Origin: Candidatus Woesearchaeota archaeon
Lineage (GTDB): Archaea > Nanobdellota > Nanobdellia > Woesearchaeales > JABIAG01
Reading direction: 5' to 3'
Assembly (NCBI GenBank): GCA_018653365.1
Contig: JABIAG010000001.1
Location: 416,001-480,000, forward strand
Length of the DNA stretch: 64,000 nucleotides
The position numbers and the translations under genes were made by a program. Shown here piece after piece: positions 59,623-64,000 of this stretch. A model generated the notes under the pieces. It did not search any database. It saw nothing but the letters and a program-made list of their open reading frames with translations, and was not told the DNA's origin. The stretch's first letter is position 1, and the number at the start of each line of letters is the position of its first letter.

Positions 59623-61725
59623 TTGTTGTTAATGAAACATGCTAAACTTTTTGTTCTGGTTCTCACAATTTCTTTAGGAATTGTGCTTAACTCTCTTTTT
59701 GTTGTTTCGTTTGTTTGTAATGGAGATGTTGAATGTTCTTATGGTGACGCATCAACCTGTTTTAGGGAAGATGGAAGTTGCAATGCATGGAGTGTATGTT
59801 TGTGCGGAATGGATGCTACTCATGCTCCAACTACAACCTGGCAGGTATGGCCCAATGCAAACATGGATTGTGATAAAGATGGGGCTTGGATAGGTAGTGA
59901 TTGTGGTGCTCCAGGACCAGATTGTGACGATGCTAATAGCGCAATAACAGGTCCGGGAGTGGATGATGATGGAAATAGTGCAACCAATTCTTGTGATGAT
60001 GATGGAGATGGATATTATGATGAAACAATCGGAGGGACAGATTGTGATGATAACGATGCTCAAAAAAATCCTTCTATGACTTGGTATTTTGATGGCGATG
60101 GTGACGGTTATTGGGGGAATAAAAACCCTTGCGAACCGGGATCGGGCTCTGGTTGGAGTTTAGCAACATTATCCGTTAGAGATCAAGATTGTGATGATAG
60201 TGATGTGACTGAACATCCAGGGGTGTTGTGGGTTCAAGATGAAGATGACGACGGCCATATAGTTGACACAAACCTTTGCGAAAGAGGTACTGGATCTGGA
60301 TGGAGAGTTAGCGCAGCTAGTGATGAAATGAATGATTGTATAGATACCAATCCTGCATATCATAAATTTGAATACTGGGGATTGAATGCTGATGGTGATG
60401 ATTATTATGGAACTTGTGTTTTAAGTTGTGGACATCCAACCTTAGCTTATGAAAAAATATCTCACGCACAATATTCAGGTATAGAATGCGATGATTGTGA
60501 TGATGGAGATAGTACCGAGTATCCTGGTGTTAACTGGGTTCAAGATCAAGATAATGATGGCTGGGTGATTGGAGTCAATAGGTGTGAACGAGGGGCAGGA
60601 CCTGGATGGCGAGTACACCAATCTGGAGACCAGGGAATAGATTGTGAGGATAGTAATGCAGCAATATATCCAGGAATTGTTAATCCTTTAGATGAGTGCG
60701 AAATTTGTGATGCTAGTGGAGGATTTGTATTTCATAATGGCAACAATCAAGGTAAAGATGGAGATTGTTATTATTGTGATTCTGTAACAAGTTCAAAAGT
60801 CGTATTAAGTGGGGCAGGATCACCTTATGAAAGCGGTGACGGAGATTGCCTAGTTTGTGATGGAGGAGATGTTCCTACCGCAGATCCTGCAGGGATTGGA
60901 GATTCAGCAGCAATAGACTGTAAAAAGTGTGCAGCAGATGGATCATTAACTGCGAATGATGATACTGAAGACCCTGGGATATGTAAAGAATGTTCTGGGG
61001 GCGTAATAGTTCCAGAGAATTCTGAAAACCCTATGGGTGATGGTGATTGTAAAAAATGTGATGGGGGAAATTTAGGAAATGATGATGGTGATACTGGAGT
61101 TACAATCCCTTGCAAAAAATGTTTGGGAGGGGGATTAATTCCCAAAAGTGATGGTGAAATTTGTGGAACAGATAAGGCGTGTTGTTCAGGAACTTGTTAT
61201 GATGAGGATACTGCTTTATGTTGTTCTGGAAGTGTAAAACAAAAGTCTGGTGATAGTAGTTGTGGAGCATGTGATAATAATTGTCTAATGAATCAAGGGA
61301 TTGAATGTAACAAACACTATCCTACAAACTGTAAAGTATCTAGTGGTTTATTTGCCTCATCTTATGCATGTAGAGAATGTACAGGAGGAGCATTAGCAAC
61401 TGTAGAATGTGGTCAAGATCACAACTGTGTATTTGGCCAGTGTGTAGATTCAATTCCTAGTACTATTTGGGCCTGTTTAACAAGTGGACCATATTATGTT
61501 GGTTTGTCATCACCAGTACTAGACCCTAGCGTTTTAAGTGATGTTTGTAAAGGACAGATTCCTGCTTATAATCCAACCTGTGAAGAGTGGGTTGTTTCTG
61601 CTGCAAACCTTATTGTCCCTGTTTTACCAAGTTTAACTTATAAAGTGGCCTGTGAAATTAAAGACCTCAAATGTGGAACACCTTTGCCTTCAGAATGTAC
61701 TACTACTTGTATGGTGACACCTTAA
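59623..61725 (+). CDS. Secreted Cys/Asp-rich repeat protein (DCDD 'putative metal-binding'/MopE-like repeats)
   Basis: Signal peptide; repeated DCDDxD..P and DxDxDG motifs, then DGDCxxCxGG repeats. Confidence 0.78.
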   Translation: MLLMKHAKLFVLVLTISLGIVLNSLFVVSFVCNGDVECSYGDASTCFREDGSCNAWSVCLCGMDATHAPTTTWQVWPNANMDCDKDGAWIGSDCGAPGPDCDDANSAITGPGVDDDGNSATNSCDDDGDGYYDETIGGTDCDDNDAQKNPSMTWYFDGDGDGYWGNKNPCEPGSGSGWSLATLSVRDQDCDDSDVTEHPGVLWVQDEDDDGHIVDTNLCERGTGSGWRVSAASDEMNDCIDTNPAYHKFEYWGLNADGDDYYGTCVLSCGHPTLAYEKISHAQYSGIECDDCDDGDSTEYPGVNWVQDQDNDGWVIGVNRCERGAGPGWRVHQSGDQGIDCEDSNAAIYPGIVNPLDECEICDASGGFVFHNGNNQGKDGDCYYCDSVTSSKVVLSGAGSPYESGDGDCLVCDGGDVPTADPAGIGDSAAIDCKKCAADGSLTANDDTEDPGICKECSGGVIVPENSENPMGDGDCKKCDGGNLGNDDGDTGVTIPCKKCLGGGLIPKSDGEICGTDKACCSGTCYDEDTALCCSGSVKQKSGDSSCGACDNNCLMNQGIECNKHYPTNCKVSSGLFASSYACRECTGGALATVECGQDHNCVFGQCVDSIPSTIWACLTSGPYYVGLSSPVLDPSVLSDVCKGQIPAYNPTCEEWVVSAANLIVPVLPSLTYKVACEIKDLKCGTPLPSECTTTCMVTP

Positions 61726-61726
61726 A

Positions 61727-62479
61727 ATGAAAAAAGAAATAATGTTAACATTGATGATTTTGTTAGTTTTACCTTTAGCTAGTGCGTCATTAGATGAATT
61801 TATGAGTGATACGTCTTCAATAGAGGTTCTTTACCAAGGAACTGATTCAGAAATAATGAACGTAATTGATGATTTTGGACTTGGCTTGGTAACAGAATTA
61901 GACACAACTAAAAAAACAATAGTGATTAACGCAGACGAAATTTTATCTGTTGATTCAGTCTCATTACATCTAGTTGCTCCAAGAACTATTTCGTATATGG
62001 AAGAAGATGCAAATCTAATAAAAATATATTTAAAAGAACTGCCAGAAATTGAAGGACAATCAAACATAAATGAAAAACACGAAATCCTAACCGAATTTTT
62101 TTCATTTCTTAATGCACCCGACACAAAAGTGTTTATGCTAGAATTTGAGGCTAGTGGACTAACCAAATATGCTGAACAAGATTGCGAACAATTAAATGCG
62201 GTGGGTATTTATCAAAAAGAAGCATTTAACCTTGCGGGTAATGTACTAGAAGAAAAATGTGATGAAGAAGATTCTAATAAACTATATGAGTTAAGTTGTA
62301 ATAATAACCAAGTCGGCTTTAATATAATTCAGTGTGTTAATGGATGTACGGGGGGAAAATGCAAAAAAGGCAAAACTTTTGGAACATTTTCTTCTTTAGT
62401 GGCAAGATTATTAATGAGAACAGAGTCACACTCAAGAACAGAACTAGTGGATGAGATAAAAGAATGGTTAAACAAATAA
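61727..62479 (+). CDS. Secreted hypothetical protein with a Cys-rich C-terminal module
   Basis: Signal peptide MKKEIMLTLMILLVLPLASA; C..C.NGC..G.C motif. Confidence 0.65.
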   Translation: MKKEIMLTLMILLVLPLASASLDEFMSDTSSIEVLYQGTDSEIMNVIDDFGLGLVTELDTTKKTIVINADEILSVDSVSLHLVAPRTISYMEEDANLIKIYLKELPEIEGQSNINEKHEILTEFFSFLNAPDTKVFMLEFEASGLTKYAEQDCEQLNAVGIYQKEAFNLAGNVLEEKCDEEDSNKLYELSCNNNQVGFNIIQCVNGCTGGKCKKGKTFGTFSSLVARLLMRTESHSRTELVDEIKEWLNK

Positions 62480-63732
62480 TATTAATTACAGTGTTAAGTA
62501 TGCTAGTTTTCCTTAGTGCTTGTAATTTTGGAAGTGCAGTATTTCAACAACAACCCCTAGTTACACGAACAATAATTGGAACCACGGTAACACTTCAAAT
62601 AAAAGACTCTGTTAATGAAAACATAATAATTGCAGAACAACTTCCCTCAGGCGTAACTGCTTCAGAATTCAGTATAAACCCGGTAATAAACGAGGACGAT
62701 ATTCTGGTTTGGATTCTTTCAGAACAAGCCCCTATAATGGTTGGGGGGATTGGAGTCGCATACAAGCCAGTTCCTAAAATAACTTATGAAATAAGTATGG
62801 GGGAAGAAATAACAGGAAAATGGGGATTACTTGATTCAGAAATAGAGGGAGTAATTCCAACAATAATCTCTCAAGAATCTAAACTTCAAAAGATAGATGA
62901 AATAAAAATAACAGGAACTAAAAACGTTGAAGTAAAAGTAAAAGGAAAAGAATTAAATGAGATAACTGAAGAAGAAACAATAGAAATTTATGACGAAAAC
63001 AAAAAATTAGTGGAGTTTGGTCATGATTTTTCAGAAGCTTCAATTGATTTGTCTGAGGTTGCAATAGAAAAAACTGTAAACTCTCTTGTTGTAAATTTTT
63101 CAGACCAGTTGAGTGAGGGCGAAACAAAAACCCTCTATGTAGAAAATAATAATTTTGTAACTTTGTGTGTTAAAGATGCACCAATACAATCAGAAACTGA
63201 AATTAATGCTGCTTGTACTGGTGATGAAGAGTATGATTTTACACAATGTCTTTCAACAGGAAGTTTAAGAGTTAATGGAATAAATTGTACACTGGACTCT
63301 GGCATTATAAAAATAGAAAATTTAACCCATTCTGGCGTTAAAGGAACTGTTGCAGTGGTCGCTTCTCCAATTGGAAATGGTGGAAGTGGTGGCGGAGGCA
63401 GCGGAGGCGGCGGAAGCAGTGAAGCAGAAGTCGTTGTTGAAGTTTGTAAAGAAGATTGGATCTGTGAAGGATTTAAGAAGTGTGTTGATGGAATGCAAAC
63501 ACAAAGATGTTTTGATGGAAATAATTGTGGAACAACACTACGTCAACCTTTATTGGAAAAGGAGTGTCAAGAAGAAGTTAAACCGATTGAAGTTGTGGCT
63601 GAACCTTTAGTTGAGGTTGTTTCTGAACCTGAAATAGAACAATATAGTAAGTCAAATAAGTTAATTCCCATCTTGATTATTCTTGGGGTAATTGTGGTAA
63701 TAATTATAATTTATATTAAAAAAAGAAAATAA
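62464..63732 (+). CDS. Membrane-anchored surface protein with Gly linker and TSP1-like Cys module
   Basis: Signal peptide with LSAC lipobox-like end; GGSGGGGSGGGGS linker; CKEDWICEGFKKCVDGMQTQRCFDGNNCGT; C-terminal TM plus KKRK. Confidence 0.72.
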   Translation: MVKQIILITVLSMLVFLSACNFGSAVFQQQPLVTRTIIGTTVTLQIKDSVNENIIIAEQLPSGVTASEFSINPVINEDDILVWILSEQAPIMVGGIGVAYKPVPKITYEISMGEEITGKWGLLDSEIEGVIPTIISQESKLQKIDEIKITGTKNVEVKVKGKELNEITEEETIEIYDENKKLVEFGHDFSEASIDLSEVAIEKTVNSLVVNFSDQLSEGETKTLYVENNNFVTLCVKDAPIQSETEINAACTGDEEYDFTQCLSTGSLRVNGINCTLDSGIIKIENLTHSGVKGTVAVVASPIGNGGSGGGGSGGGGSSEAEVVVEVCKEDWICEGFKKCVDGMQTQRCFDGNNCGTTLRQPLLEKECQEEVKPIEVVAEPLVEVVSEPEIEQYSKSNKLIPILIILGVIVVIIIIYIKKRK

Positions 63733-63733
63733 A

Positions 63734-64000
63734 TTATTTTTCTTCTAATAAAGCAATAATACGATCTAATTTTCTATTAATATCACTTAGATCTGGACCT
63801 TTACTAGAACCTGGTCCTTTGCCTTCTTTTCTGAAACAATCACTACAGAAAACAGGTTTGTTAGAAGTTGGTTTAAATGGTACTTCACAACTTTCACCAC
63901 ATCCATCACAAGTAACACGAGTTTTTTCAAAATCTCGTCTGTTGCTACTATTACGACTAGAATCCCTTCTTGGACGGTCCTCAAAGTCTCGACTTCTACC
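63734..64000 (-). CDS. CxxC-x17-CxxC zinc-finger protein (3' part; start lies beyond the right edge)
   Basis: Manual translation in a different frame from the track ORF: ...RRDFEKTRVTCDGCGESCEVPFKPTSNKPVFCSDCFRKEG...INRKLDRIIALLEEK*. Confidence 0.88.
   Translation of the reverse strand, partial: GRSRDFEDRPRRDSSRNSSNRRDFEKTRVTCDGCGESCEVPFKPTSNKPVFCSDCFRKEGKGPGSSKGPDLSDINRKLDRIIALLEEK

Noticed and set aside
63787-63984. 65-aa ORF from the track
   Set aside because: Wrong frame; the overlapping frame encodes a clear CxxC-x17-CxxC protein ending at 63734.

Overview
AT-rich archaeal chromosome segment. Gene content and style point to a DPANN/Nanoarchaeota lineage, most likely Woesearchaeota-like (inference): exosome/proteasome operon, rpoK, rpoL, aIF2-gamma, rps6e, BHB-intron tRNAs, TATA-led leaderless genes, AMP phosphorylase and giant glycosylated surface proteins. 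In order, the window holds: an intein-containing Lhr helicase cut by the left edge; a 3973-aa beta-propeller surface protein with a membrane-proximal lipase-type domain; HerA; the Rpp14-PsmA-Rrp4-Rrp41-Rrp42-RpoK operon; a MiaB-like methylthiotransferase; a MoxR/vWA/DUF58 operon; an uncalled 51-aa, 12-Cys metallothionein-like gene ahead of thioredoxin reductase; a free-standing LAGLIDADG endonuclease overlapping tRNA-Leu(TAA); a 2-hydroxyacyl-CoA dehydratase/activase pair; tRNA-Thr; a radical SAM/deaminase/radical SAM/NUDIX operon beside a TMK-like kinase; pyrG; tRNA-Val with an intron; AMP phosphorylase; and a Cys-rich secreted gene trio. The best candidate for an undescribed system is the endonuclease-tRNA module at 42179-42953. 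Its ORF stops inside the tRNA, its start codon sits in a hairpin, and the tRNA has two BHB introns, one at the unusual 8/9 position. Runners-up are the radical SAM operon, the giant propeller/lipase protein and the metallothionein-like peptide. All calls come from reading motifs by eye; no database searches were run.
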